A DNA stretch of 64,000 bases from an uncultured Micavibrio sp. (GCA_964351365.1 CAYGNP010000001.1:92572-156571), one strand, 5' to 3'. Counted from the first letter of the stretch, positions 7,664-17,159 are shown. Notes: generated by a model from the letters alone, not told the origin. Numbers and translations: made by a program.

Positions 7664-10507
7664 ATGCGTAATATACGCCTCACGATGACGATCACTCAAA
7701 AACTTTATCAGTTGCTCTGCGGGCCAAAGCTGTTGCATTTTGTGCTGCCTGCGCTGATGGTTTATCTGGTGATCGGCACGGTTGCACAAAAATATGTCGG
7801 CCTTTATGAGGCGAGCAGGCTTTATTTTTCCGCGCCTTTTATATGGGTCTTGTATGTTTTTCCCCTGCCCGGTATGCCCGTGTTGGTGGCGCTGGTTTTC
7901 TTTAATCTTGCATTCAAGCTCGCTTTTAAAAGCCCGTGGCATTGGCGTAATGCAGGAAATATCATCACGCATATCGGGGCGATGCTGTTGCTTCTTGGGG
8001 GATTGTTTACCGCGATCTTCAGCTCCGAGGGGTATATCGCTATTCCTGAGGGGTCATCGGAATCGCGGATATCGGATTATCATAAGCGTGAATTTGCTGT
8101 TATGGATGATCGGGGTGAACTTGTAGGCGTGTTTGATCATAAAACCCTGCGCGCCGGGCAGGTTTTACCTGCCCTGCCCTTTGAGGTTAAAATTCTGGAG
8201 CGGTGCAGGAATTGCAAGATTACAGCGCGCGCAGATGGGGGTGAGGATCATCAGGGCATGGCGGCGCATATGCAGCTTTCTGATGATACGCTAAAGAATA
8301 ATGATGAGGAAAATATGGCCGGTTTGACCTTTCGGGTTGACGGGGTGGATATTTTTGTTGCGCTGGAGGATGTTTCGGAAATTCCAAGCGCCGAGATTGA
8401 TGGCAAGACTTACCGCTTTGTGCTGCGGCGGGCTGAGCGGGTGTTGCCGTTTTCCATCACACTGGTTGATTTTGAAAAGCAGGTTTATCCGGGCACGGAT
8501 ACCGCCAGAGAATATCAATCGCACGTTTTGATTACTGATGGTGATTTGCAGTGGGAGAGCGTTATATCGATGAACGCGCCGCTGCGGTATAAGGGGTATA
8601 CGTTTTTTCAATCCTCGTTTTTTGAAACGCCGTCCGGTGAGGTTTCCGTTTTGGCGGCGGTGTGGAATGTGGGGCGTGCGTTTCCCTATATTTCCGGTTT
8701 GCTGATGTGTATTGGCTTAATATTGCACTTGTTTTTGCGCAGGAGAGTAGCTGCGCTGGTTTTGTTGTGTCTGGTCGTACCGCAGGGCGTTTATGCGCAA
8801 GGGTTTGATACACGGTATTTTGCACAGTTGCCTGTTCTTGATGCGGGGCGGGTCAAGCCAATTGAGAGCTTTGCGCGGGCACAGAAGAAAATTCTCTCCG
8901 GCAGTGAAAAGGATGCGATGGCGTGGCTGTTGCTTAGTCTGTTTGATCCGGCGCGGGCGGAGCATATTGCGGTGATAAAAATTACCAATCCTGACGTGCT
9001 GTCGGTTTTGTCGTTGGAGCGCCGCGAGAGCAAGCTTTACAGCTATACGGAAGTTTTTGAGGCGCTGGATCGCAAGCAGGATTTGATTTTGGGGATTGTG
9101 AAAGCGGATCAAGATCAGTGGAGCCTGCAACATCGGGCGCTTATTTCCTTGCAGGAAAAAACAGTTTCCTATCAGAAGCTTATGGGCAGTCTGGCGGGGT
9201 TTTTACCGCTGGATGTTTCCTTTGAGGATGGGCGCAAGCGAAGCTATTTTGATCTCATGGGGGAAAAGGATGAGCTGCTGAGCCGCGCGCAGGCCCTTGC
9301 GCAGCAGGGTCAAGGTTTTGAGACCTTCAGCGCGGATGATGCGCATATAGTGGAGCTCTCTTATCTTCTGAGCACGCTGGAGGAGAACGGGCGGCGCAGT
9401 GTACCGTTCAAGGTTATTCCTGTTGAGGGGGTTATGCTCGCGCCGTGGCAGGTTTTGCTGGAGGGTAAGAGTTCGGATTATCTGTCTTATTGGGAGGGGC
9501 TGGCGCGGGCCTATCATGCGGGTGATGCCTCGATGTGGAACGATTCCTTGCGCGCGCTATATACGCTTTATGTGCAGGAAGATGACAGGCTATATGATTT
9601 GGGCCGCGTGCAGGTGGAGTATTATTACACTCTGCTTCACCCCTTTGTTGTCAGCTTTGTTTTTTGTCTGGTGGCTTTGTGTGTTTTGGGTGTTCAGGCC
9701 TATACGCGCAAAGGTTTATTGCGGGCGGCGTTTTGGATTTTGATGCTGAGCGCCGGTATGCAAATTGCCGGTATTGCGGCGCGGATTTATATTCTGGAGC
9801 GTCCGCCGGTGAGCACGCTCTATGAGACGGTGTTGTTTGTGTGCGCGCTTGTGATGATGTATTGCACCTTGCGGCGCGGCCTGTTCTGGCTTGGGATGGC
9901 GGCGGGCTTGGGCACGGTTTTGCATATTCTCGGATTTGCGCATGAAGGCGATGGTGATTCACTTTTGGTCTTGCCTGCGGTTCTTAATACGAATTTCTGG
10001 CTGGCGACGCATGTTCTCTCCATCACGGCGGGCTATGCATTTTGTGCGATTGCCAGCGCACTGGCGCATTATCTTTTGTTGCGGGGTGAGCATGGGGGCG
10101 TTGTTTACGGGCATATGCTGAGCACCGCTTTGATTGCGCTGTTCTTTGCAACAATCGGCACGGTATTGGGCGGGATTTGGGCGGATCAGAGCTGGGGTAG
10201 GTTTTGGGGGTGGGATCCGAAGGAAAACGGCGCGCTGCTGATTGTCTTGTGGCTGATCTGGGTTTTGCATGGACGCATCAGCGGAATGATGAGGCCGCAG
10301 GGCGTTCTTTATGCGATGAGCTTTTTGTGCGTTATACTCGCGCTGTCGTGGTTTGGGGTGAATTTGCTGAGTGTGGGGCTGCATTCTTATGGTTTTACGG
10401 ATGGTTTAGGACTTTATCTGAGTGGATTTATTGCGCTTGAGTGCCTGTTTTTGCTTTTTATCTTCCTGAGGGAGCACCGATGCAAAAAATTATCATCGTT
10501 TTTGTAG
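7664..10507 (+). CDS. ccsBA: Fused System II cytochrome c synthetase CcsBA (ResB/Ccs1-like N-terminal half plus CcsA/ResC-like C-terminal half)
   Basis: 947 aa. The ResB-like part ends with MNAPLRYKGYTFFQSSF. The C-terminal polytopic part carries the tryptophan-rich WWD motif WGRFWGWDPKENGALL with flanking His residues (ATHVL, VLHGRI). Confidence 0.88.
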   Translation: MRNIRLTMTITQKLYQLLCGPKLLHFVLPALMVYLVIGTVAQKYVGLYEASRLYFSAPFIWVLYVFPLPGMPVLVALVFFNLAFKLAFKSPWHWRNAGNIITHIGAMLLLLGGLFTAIFSSEGYIAIPEGSSESRISDYHKREFAVMDDRGELVGVFDHKTLRAGQVLPALPFEVKILERCRNCKITARADGGEDHQGMAAHMQLSDDTLKNNDEENMAGLTFRVDGVDIFVALEDVSEIPSAEIDGKTYRFVLRRAERVLPFSITLVDFEKQVYPGTDTAREYQSHVLITDGDLQWESVISMNAPLRYKGYTFFQSSFFETPSGEVSVLAAVWNVGRAFPYISGLLMCIGLILHLFLRRRVAALVLLCLVVPQGVYAQGFDTRYFAQLPVLDAGRVKPIESFARAQKKILSGSEKDAMAWLLLSLFDPARAEHIAVIKITNPDVLSVLSLERRESKLYSYTEVFEALDRKQDLILGIVKADQDQWSLQHRALISLQEKTVSYQKLMGSLAGFLPLDVSFEDGRKRSYFDLMGEKDELLSRAQALAQQGQGFETFSADDAHIVELSYLLSTLEENGRRSVPFKVIPVEGVMLAPWQVLLEGKSSDYLSYWEGLARAYHAGDASMWNDSLRALYTLYVQEDDRLYDLGRVQVEYYYTLLHPFVVSFVFCLVALCVLGVQAYTRKGLLRAAFWILMLSAGMQIAGIAARIYILERPPVSTLYETVLFVCALVMMYCTLRRGLFWLGMAAGLGTVLHILGFAHEGDGDSLLVLPAVLNTNFWLATHVLSITAGYAFCAIASALAHYLLLRGEHGGVVYGHMLSTALIALFFATIGTVLGGIWADQSWGRFWGWDPKENGALLIVLWLIWVLHGRISGMMRPQGVLYAMSFLCVILALSWFGVNLLSVGLHSYGFTDGLGLYLSGFIALECLFLLFIFLREHRCKKLSSFL

Positions 10508-10992
10508 CGCTGGTTTTGGGATTAGGGCTTGCGGTGTGGGATGCGTATGCGCCGCCGCCGGGCACGCCTGCTGCTGTAGTTTTTCCTGATGCGCCGGATT
10601 TTGCGTTTGAGACTTTGGATGGCGCTGCGCACAGGCTCTCGGATTTTCGGGGAAGGACGGTTCTGATCAATGTCTGGGCAACATGGTGTGCGCCATGTGT
10701 TGTGGAGATGCCGGAGCTGGTGCAGCTGGCGGCGCGCGAAAATCTGGTCTTTATTGCCCTTTCAGTAGATAAAAATCCGCAGGATATTAGGCCTTTTTTT
10801 GATAAGCTTGGTGTTGATTATTCACATGTTTTTTTGGTGCATGATGGGGATAAAGCCATTTCAAAAAATCTCTATGGCGTGAAGATGTATCCGGAAAGTT
10901 TTGTGATTACGCCGGAGGGCACGATCAGAGATAAAATCGAGGGGGTTATTGACTGGCTGGGGCCGGAGGGGCGCGAGCGGCTTGGGATTTAA
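10480..10992 (+). CDS. Thiol:disulfide oxidoreductase, TlpA/ResA/CcmG family
   Basis: ORF 10441..10992. The start chosen is ATG 10480, preceded by GAGGGAG (MQKIIIVFVALVLGLGLAV, signal/anchor). WATWCAPCVVEMPEL is the thioredoxin CxxC motif. It overlaps the ccsBA 3' end. Confidence 0.88.
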   Translation: MQKIIIVFVALVLGLGLAVWDAYAPPPGTPAAVVFPDAPDFAFETLDGAAHRLSDFRGRTVLINVWATWCAPCVVEMPELVQLAARENLVFIALSVDKNPQDIRPFFDKLGVDYSHVFLVHDGDKAISKNLYGVKMYPESFVITPEGTIRDKIEGVIDWLGPEGRERLGI

Positions 10993-12632
10993 TATACCTC
11001 GCCTTTGCCATTGCCGCGCGGGTCGGAATAGGTTTTTACGGTGTTTGTTTCAAAGTCCCAGAAGATCATCTGCATATTGCCATAGGGGCGTGAGGCTTTA
11101 TCCAGCTTGTGGCCTTTGGCGGTGAGATCCTTGATCTCTTTATCTGTAAACGCACCCTCCTCGTAGGTTACGATATCGGGCATGTATTGATGGTGATAAC
11201 GCGGGGCGGCGATAATGTCTTTGGGGTCTTTTCCATCCAGAAAATCCAGGATCGCAAGCAGGTTCATACTGATAATTCGAGAGCCGCCAGGCGTGCCAAG
11301 GATCAGAATGCCCTTATCTGTTTCCACAAAGGTTGGAGTCATGCTGGAGAGCATGCGTTTTTTAGGTGCAATCACGTTCGCGGATGTGCCCTGCAAGCCG
11401 TAGCCGTTTTCAACACCGGGCTTCAGGGTGAAATCATCCATTTCATTATTTAGCAACACGCCTGTGCCTTGGGGCACAAAACCGGAGCCAAACCAGAAAT
11501 TGATGGATTGGGTGACGGCGACGCGGTTTCCTTGCGCATCTATAACTGCGAAATGTGTGGTTTCCGTGCCCTTTTCAGCTTCGAGGGCAAGAGGCGCGCT
11601 TGGCGTGGCTTTGTCTGGGCTAATGCTCATGCGTTGCTCGTCCGCGTTCTCGCCGGAGAGGATTTTTTGAACCGGTACAACAACAAAATCGCTGTCGCCC
11701 ATATATTGTGCGCGTTGCTGATAGCCTTGTTTCATAGCCTCGATGATGAGGTGTTTGTTCAGTTTTTCATAGCCGGAGAGAATGTTCAGAATATTCCCAA
11801 TAACCAGTCCTCCAGAGGATGGCAAAGACGGCATTATGATTTTTGCGCCTTTATTATTGATGATCAGGGGTTTGCGGATAATTGTTTTATACTCTGCGAG
11901 ATCTTCCAGCGTCCATATGCCGCCGCGAGATGTTATATCCTGCACCATATTTTGGGCGATTTCACCTTTGTAGAAGCCGGCCTTGCCTTCCTTTGCAATT
12001 TTCTCAAGTGTTTGAGCAAGGTCGGGCTGTTTTAAGATCCAGCCTGCTTCGGGCACTTTACCATTATCCAAAAATATAGCAGCGGCGGCAGGGTTTGCAC
12101 GCAGTTGATTTTCTTTAAACGATGCTCCCTCGATGTAGCGCTCATCAATTGGGAATCCATTTTGTGCGATTTCAATTGCGGGTTTTAGGCTCTGAGAGAG
12201 CGGCAAGTTTGCAAATTGCTGGCTTGCGGTTACGAAGGCCGCAGGAAGGCCGGGAATTGCGGCAGCGAGGGGGCCGTTGGTTGAAGCGCCTTTAACCGGA
12301 TTTCCTGTTTCATCCAGATACATATCGGCAGTAGCCTTAATTGGCGCCGTTTCGCGGGCATCAATCACGCTGTAATTTTTAGTTTGTGCATCGTATGTGA
12401 GCCAAAAGCCTCCTCCGCCCAAGCCGGAGCCAAAGGGCTCGACGACACTGAGCATAGCGCTGACGGCTATGGCGGCGTCGAAGGCGTTACCGCCCTCCTT
12501 CAGGATATCTTTTCCAGCCTGCGTGGCTAAAGGGTGGGCAGAGACAACGGCATATGCTGGCGGCTGCGTTTGGGCATGGCTTATTGCGCTCCAGAGGCAG
12601 AATACTAGAATTAGAATGATATGCTTTTTCAT
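10989..12632 (-). CDS. ggt: Gamma-glutamyltranspeptidase
   Basis: ORF 10989..12656. The start chosen is ATG 12632, preceded by AGGAGG (MKKHIILILVFCLWSAISHA, signal peptide). GTETTHFAVID carries the autoprocessing Thr nucleophile, and GTPGGSRI is present. ATGA overlap with the upstream ABC gene stop. Confidence 0.93.
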   Translation of the reverse strand: MKKHIILILVFCLWSAISHAQTQPPAYAVVSAHPLATQAGKDILKEGGNAFDAAIAVSAMLSVVEPFGSGLGGGGFWLTYDAQTKNYSVIDARETAPIKATADMYLDETGNPVKGASTNGPLAAAIPGLPAAFVTASQQFANLPLSQSLKPAIEIAQNGFPIDERYIEGASFKENQLRANPAAAAIFLDNGKVPEAGWILKQPDLAQTLEKIAKEGKAGFYKGEIAQNMVQDITSRGGIWTLEDLAEYKTIIRKPLIINNKGAKIIMPSLPSSGGLVIGNILNILSGYEKLNKHLIIEAMKQGYQQRAQYMGDSDFVVVPVQKILSGENADEQRMSISPDKATPSAPLALEAEKGTETTHFAVIDAQGNRVAVTQSINFWFGSGFVPQGTGVLLNNEMDDFTLKPGVENGYGLQGTSANVIAPKKRMLSSMTPTFVETDKGILILGTPGGSRIISMNLLAILDFLDGKDPKDIIAAPRYHHQYMPDIVTYEEGAFTDKEIKDLTAKGHKLDKASRPYGNMQMIFWDFETNTVKTYSDPRGNGKGEVY

Positions 12633-14428
12633 TTTTCCTCCTGCTGGCGGCGCCACATCTGGGCATATATCCCGTCTTTGGCAAGCAGCTCTGTATGTTT
12701 TCCACGCTCCATGACGCGGCCTTCATCAAGAACGAGTATTTCATCGGCGGAGACGACTGTCGAGAGTCTGTGGGCGATGACAAGGGTTGTGCGTCCTTTT
12801 GAAACGTCTTTAAGACTTTGCAGGATTTCCTGCTCGGTTTTGGAATCAAGGGCCGATGTTGCCTCATCGAAGAGCAGAATGGGCGTGTCCTTGAGGATGG
12901 TGCGTGCGATGGCGACGCGCTGTTTTTCTCCGCCGGAGAGCTTGAGGCCGCGCTCGCCGACAAGGGTTTCGTAGCCTTTGGTGAGTTTTTCGATAAAGCC
13001 GTCGATGCTCGACATACGTGCCGCGCGGATAACTTCTTCCTCGCTGGCCTCTGGTCTGCCGTAGGCGATGTTGTAGCGGATGGTGTCGTTGAACAAAACG
13101 GTATCCTGCGGCACGATGCCAATGGCTTTGCGCAGAGAGCTTTGCGTGATCTCGCGTACGTCCTGTCCATCAATGCGCACCGCGCCCTTAGTGACATCAT
13201 AGAAGCGGAAGATCAGGCGGCTGATCGTGGATTTTCCTGCGCCGCTTGGCCCTACTATGGCGATGGTTTTACCGGCTGAGACTTTGAAGGACAGGCCCTT
13301 GAGGATATCACGGTCTGGATCGTAGCCAAAATGCACGTCATCAAATTCGATACTGCCGCCGGTGACGCGCAAATCCAATGCATCTGGTTTGTCTGTAATT
13401 TCGCGCTCGATGTTCAGCATGGAGAACATATCATCCATATCGGTTAAAGACTGGCGGATCTGGCGGTAAACAAAGCCAAGGAAGTTTAGCGGGATATAAA
13501 GCTGGATCAGGTAAATCACCACAAGGGTAAAATCGCCGATGCTCATTTTTCCTTCGGCAACGCCGTGCGCGGCCATGTACATGACCAGAACAAGGCCGAT
13601 TGAGATGATGGCCGACTGGCCAATATTGACAACCGAGAGGCTTTGAATCGATTTGACGGCGGCCTTTTGGTAAGATTGCAAAGACACATCATAGCGCGCG
13701 GCTTCATGCTGTTCATTTGCAAAATATTTCACGGTTTCATAGTTAAGCAAGCTGTCGATTGCGCGGGTGTTGGCTTTGGTGTCCTGATCGTTCATTTCCT
13801 TGCGGTATTTCAGGCGCCATTCCGTTGTTATCAGAGTGAAAGCGATGTACGCTCCGATTGTAAAAAAGGTTATAAAGGCATAGAAAAAGCCGAACATGTA
13901 CCACAGCACGGCGCAGACCATTACAATTTCAAGCAGTGTCGGCAGGATGTTGAACAGCATGAAGCTGAGGAGAAATTCGATCCCCTTCACCCCGCGTTCA
14001 ATGACACGGCTAAGGCCGCCGGTCTGGCGGTTCATGTGAAAACGCATGGAGAGTGCGTGCAAATGCTCGAAGGTTTCAATCGCGACTTTGCGCATGGCGC
14101 CTTGCGCAACATTAACGAAGACGGCCTCGCGGATCTCGCCGAAAATAATGGATAATGTCCGCACGAACCCGTAACCTATGAGGAGCGCCGTGGGCACAAC
14201 GAAGATGAGTGTTTCACTGTTTGGTGATGCCAGCGCCTTGTCCCAACTGCTCATCAGGTCGATGATGTTTTTGTAGATGATGGGTGCGTAAACATTCGCA
14301 AGCTTTGAGAGGAACAGGCAAACCATTGCAATAACAACACGAATGCGTGTTTCACGAGCGTTTTTTGGCCAGAGATATGGCAGCAAGGTTTTTAATGTCT
14401 GGATTTCTGAATGATTTTTTGTGCTCAT
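12629..14428 (-). CDS. ABC exporter (fused permease-ATPase), Atm1/ABCB7/HMT1 family
   Basis: 599 aa. The N-terminal LLPYLWP...RIRV is typical of Atm1-like proteins. It has six TM segments, Walker A GPSGAGKST, signature LSGGEKQRVAIAR and Walker B ILLFDEATSALD. Confidence 0.88.
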   Translation of the reverse strand: MSTKNHSEIQTLKTLLPYLWPKNARETRIRVVIAMVCLFLSKLANVYAPIIYKNIIDLMSSWDKALASPNSETLIFVVPTALLIGYGFVRTLSIIFGEIREAVFVNVAQGAMRKVAIETFEHLHALSMRFHMNRQTGGLSRVIERGVKGIEFLLSFMLFNILPTLLEIVMVCAVLWYMFGFFYAFITFFTIGAYIAFTLITTEWRLKYRKEMNDQDTKANTRAIDSLLNYETVKYFANEQHEAARYDVSLQSYQKAAVKSIQSLSVVNIGQSAIISIGLVLVMYMAAHGVAEGKMSIGDFTLVVIYLIQLYIPLNFLGFVYRQIRQSLTDMDDMFSMLNIEREITDKPDALDLRVTGGSIEFDDVHFGYDPDRDILKGLSFKVSAGKTIAIVGPSGAGKSTISRLIFRFYDVTKGAVRIDGQDVREITQSSLRKAIGIVPQDTVLFNDTIRYNIAYGRPEASEEEVIRAARMSSIDGFIEKLTKGYETLVGERGLKLSGGEKQRVAIARTILKDTPILLFDEATSALDSKTEQEILQSLKDVSKGRTTLVIAHRLSTVVSADEILVLDEGRVMERGKHTELLAKDGIYAQMWRRQQEEK

Positions 14429-14717
14429 GTTGGGTTGAGTGTTAGCATAAAATTATACGATTGTAATGATATTTCCTTGTGCACAAAAACAATTTTCATA
14501 TTGGGTTTTAATCTGCGTTTTGTGCTATAATTTTATGGTTTTTGATAAAAATTTTGGGGCTGCACCATATAATCAGCCCGTTTATTTTTTATTACTGTCC
14601 TCATAATTATCCTTAGAATAAAACTGCATAAACGCTTAAAAATCTTGACGTATTTTCCAAAATGCATGAAGAATAGTTGCATCTGCGTGTGAAATTTGGC
14701 GAAAGAGTAAAATAGTT

Positions 14718-17159
14718 ATGGGTTTTAAGAAAACATCCGAGGGCCGCGTTTTTTTCAAAAACCCTGATAATGACGATGACCCTGTTAATAACAGTGCGAT
14801 TGCGCCTGAGGCGATTGTGCCCAAAGATAATGCACAAATTCAAATTCTTCTTTTGCTTAAATCATTAAATGCAAAACTAAAATCTGCAAAGCTTGATCAG
14901 GATAAGCTTGCGCAAGAGGTTGAAGTCTATAAGGCGACTTTGCGCAAAATTGAGGAAAACAGCGCGGGATCGCGTGCGCCAGCATCCGATAAAAAAATGG
15001 GCGAGGCGCAAGAAAAGATCAGAGCTTTGGAAGCCAAAATTGAGAAGCAGCAAAGTGATTATATTTCTCTGGAGCAGGCCCTTTCACAAAAACAAGTTGA
15101 GGTGTCGAAGAAGGCTGCGCGCGTTGAGGAGCACGTCAAAGGCACTCTCAAGACACTTGATGAAACAAAGGCTTTGGTGCGCGAGCTTGGAGATCAGACA
15201 AAAAATCAGGACAGTAAAATTACTGCATTAAAAAATGATGTGGAGGAGCGTAAAAAAAATATCGAGGCTCTGGTTAAAAAACAAAAAGTTGTTGAAGAGA
15301 CACAAAAAGAGCACATTGAGAAAATTTCTGATCAAAATGAGGCTCACGTTTCGCTGATCAGGCGTGTGAGTGAGTCTGAAACGCGGTTTGATAAATTGGA
15401 TAATAAGCTTGAGGATGCGCGCTCAGATTATCTCAAGCTTGATCGCAAAATTGACAAGGTGATTGAAGATCGCGGCAGAATTTTGCGTAAAATTGAACGA
15501 ATTGAGCTGGCCGTCATTGAAACGCGTGATGCCCTGAATGCCAAGGCTATGGTGTTGCTGACGGATCAAGGCGCTGTTGCGGGCGTGAATATGCCGGAGA
15601 TAGGTGATAACTCTTACCAGAATGATCCGATAGCCTTGCAGCGTCGATTGCAGGAAGAAGCAATGATGCCTTGGTGGCGCAAGCCTCTGCGTGTGTCTGC
15701 TACCAGCCTCATTATGATGGCCGTGATTGCTGTTTTAACCGGATGGATTATAAGTGCAGTTCTGACTAGTGCGCCTGTTGAGGACGTCTCGCTCTCTGAT
15801 GTGCCCGCGCGGACTGTCCGTTTATCATCATCCGAGCCACTTCGGGAACCTTTGGATGAACCCACCGAATCGCTAGAGCGTTATGTTGAAGCCCCGCGTG
15901 AGCGTGAGCAAGATTTAAGTGCGGCACGGCCACTGCAGGAGCAAATTGCCGAAGAATCTGTTTATGATAATGCGCTTGATGAGGTTGCAGCGGATAATGC
16001 CCCCTTGATTGCGCCTTCTCCGCCACCTAAACCAGAGGCGCCTGCACCGGCGGTTGATTATGGTATTCGTATTCACAAAGGTGTTAGTGATCCTGCAGAG
16101 CTCTCTACGATTGGTTTTGAGAATAAAGAAGAGTTGATTGAGGCATTCGAGAAGGAGCCCGAGCGCGTTGCGAAAGCAATGAATGATCTTGAACCCTCGA
16201 GCTTGACGAGCGATGATAAAGTTATACCCTCTACAACCGGGCAGGCTGTGAGTGCGCCGGTTGACTTGACCGCACCTGAGATAATTGATGAGGTTACTAG
16301 ACCTTATCAGATGGCTTCTTATAAAAATGATTTAAGGCAGCGTATTCGTCCCGATCCCAAGCTTACTGATGTTGCCAAGAAAATTGAGACGCAGGCGTTT
16401 GAAGGTGTCCCTGAGGCACAACATGATATGGGCGCAATCTATGTTTCTGGCCATGCACAGATCAAGCAAGATTTAAAGCGCGCTGTACTGTGGTTTACGG
16501 AGGCATCGGATAATGGCGTTGCCAATGCAACTTACAATTTGGGTGTTTTGTATCATAAGGGGCTTGGGGTGAAGAAAAGCCTTGATAAGGCTATGGACTA
16601 TTATCTGAATGCGGCGCAGGCCGGGCATCGTGAGGCACAATATAACCTTGCGATTGCCAATATCGAGGGGGTTGGAACGCCTTATAATCCGGAAAAAGCC
16701 AAATTCTATTTTGAAAAAGCGGCAAATCAGGGCGTAACGGAGGCGGCGTATAATTTGGGGCTTATTTATGAGAATGGTTTGCTTGGTAAGTCAGAGCCAG
16801 GTAAGGCTCTTTCATGGTATAAGTACGCAGCGGATCAAGGGAGTCCCGAGGCCCAGAGCGCGCTTGAGCAGCTTGCCAATTCGCTCAGCATAAGTATCGA
16901 GGATGTAAATACGATTGTTGATAATGTTCGTGGCTCTGATGCTCGCGCTACTGAAGGTGGTAAGGATCAAAATGTGGTCTATCAGATACAAAAAGCGCTT
17001 AAGGAGCGTGGATTTTATCCTGGGCCAGTGGATGGTGTGATTGGGCCTGTTACGCGCAGCTCCATTCGTGCGTATCAGCTCTCTGCGGATTTGACAATAG
17101 ACGGTGAACCAACACCTCAGCTTTTAGATGTTTTGAAAACAGAGCCCGCGGCCTATTAA
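14718..17159 (+). CDS. PodJ-like architecture: cytoplasmic coiled coil, one TM, Pro-rich linker, Sel1 repeats, C-terminal peptidoglycan-binding domain
   Basis: 813 aa. Residues of about 40-270 are heptad-rich and K/E-rich. The TM is LIMMAVIAVLTGWIISAVL. Five Sel1-like units are present (AQHDMGAIY, ATYNLGVLYHKGLGV, AQYNLAIANIEGVG, AAYNLGLIYENG, AQSALEQL). PG_binding_1-like tail: IQKALKERGFYPGPVDGVIGPVTRSSIRAYQ. Confidence 0.7.
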   Translation: MGFKKTSEGRVFFKNPDNDDDPVNNSAIAPEAIVPKDNAQIQILLLLKSLNAKLKSAKLDQDKLAQEVEVYKATLRKIEENSAGSRAPASDKKMGEAQEKIRALEAKIEKQQSDYISLEQALSQKQVEVSKKAARVEEHVKGTLKTLDETKALVRELGDQTKNQDSKITALKNDVEERKKNIEALVKKQKVVEETQKEHIEKISDQNEAHVSLIRRVSESETRFDKLDNKLEDARSDYLKLDRKIDKVIEDRGRILRKIERIELAVIETRDALNAKAMVLLTDQGAVAGVNMPEIGDNSYQNDPIALQRRLQEEAMMPWWRKPLRVSATSLIMMAVIAVLTGWIISAVLTSAPVEDVSLSDVPARTVRLSSSEPLREPLDEPTESLERYVEAPREREQDLSAARPLQEQIAEESVYDNALDEVAADNAPLIAPSPPPKPEAPAPAVDYGIRIHKGVSDPAELSTIGFENKEELIEAFEKEPERVAKAMNDLEPSSLTSDDKVIPSTTGQAVSAPVDLTAPEIIDEVTRPYQMASYKNDLRQRIRPDPKLTDVAKKIETQAFEGVPEAQHDMGAIYVSGHAQIKQDLKRAVLWFTEASDNGVANATYNLGVLYHKGLGVKKSLDKAMDYYLNAAQAGHREAQYNLAIANIEGVGTPYNPEKAKFYFEKAANQGVTEAAYNLGLIYENGLLGKSEPGKALSWYKYAADQGSPEAQSALEQLANSLSISIEDVNTIVDNVRGSDARATEGGKDQNVVYQIQKALKERGFYPGPVDGVIGPVTRSSIRAYQLSADLTIDGEPTPQLLDVLKTEPAAY

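Noticed and set aside
12487-13200. 237-aa minus-strand ORF in an alternative frame
   Set aside because: It lies inside the ATPase domain of the ABC exporter, in another frame. It is Ser/Pro/Ala/Arg-rich, and the Walker/signature motifs support the annotated frame.
14430-14717. CtrA boxes (TTAA-N7-TTAA) upstream of the podJ-like gene and the dcw cluster
   Set aside because: I looked for the motif by eye in 14430..14717, 2080..2470 and 58650..59042. I found only half sites or wrong spacing (for example TTAACGCAGTTAA with N5).
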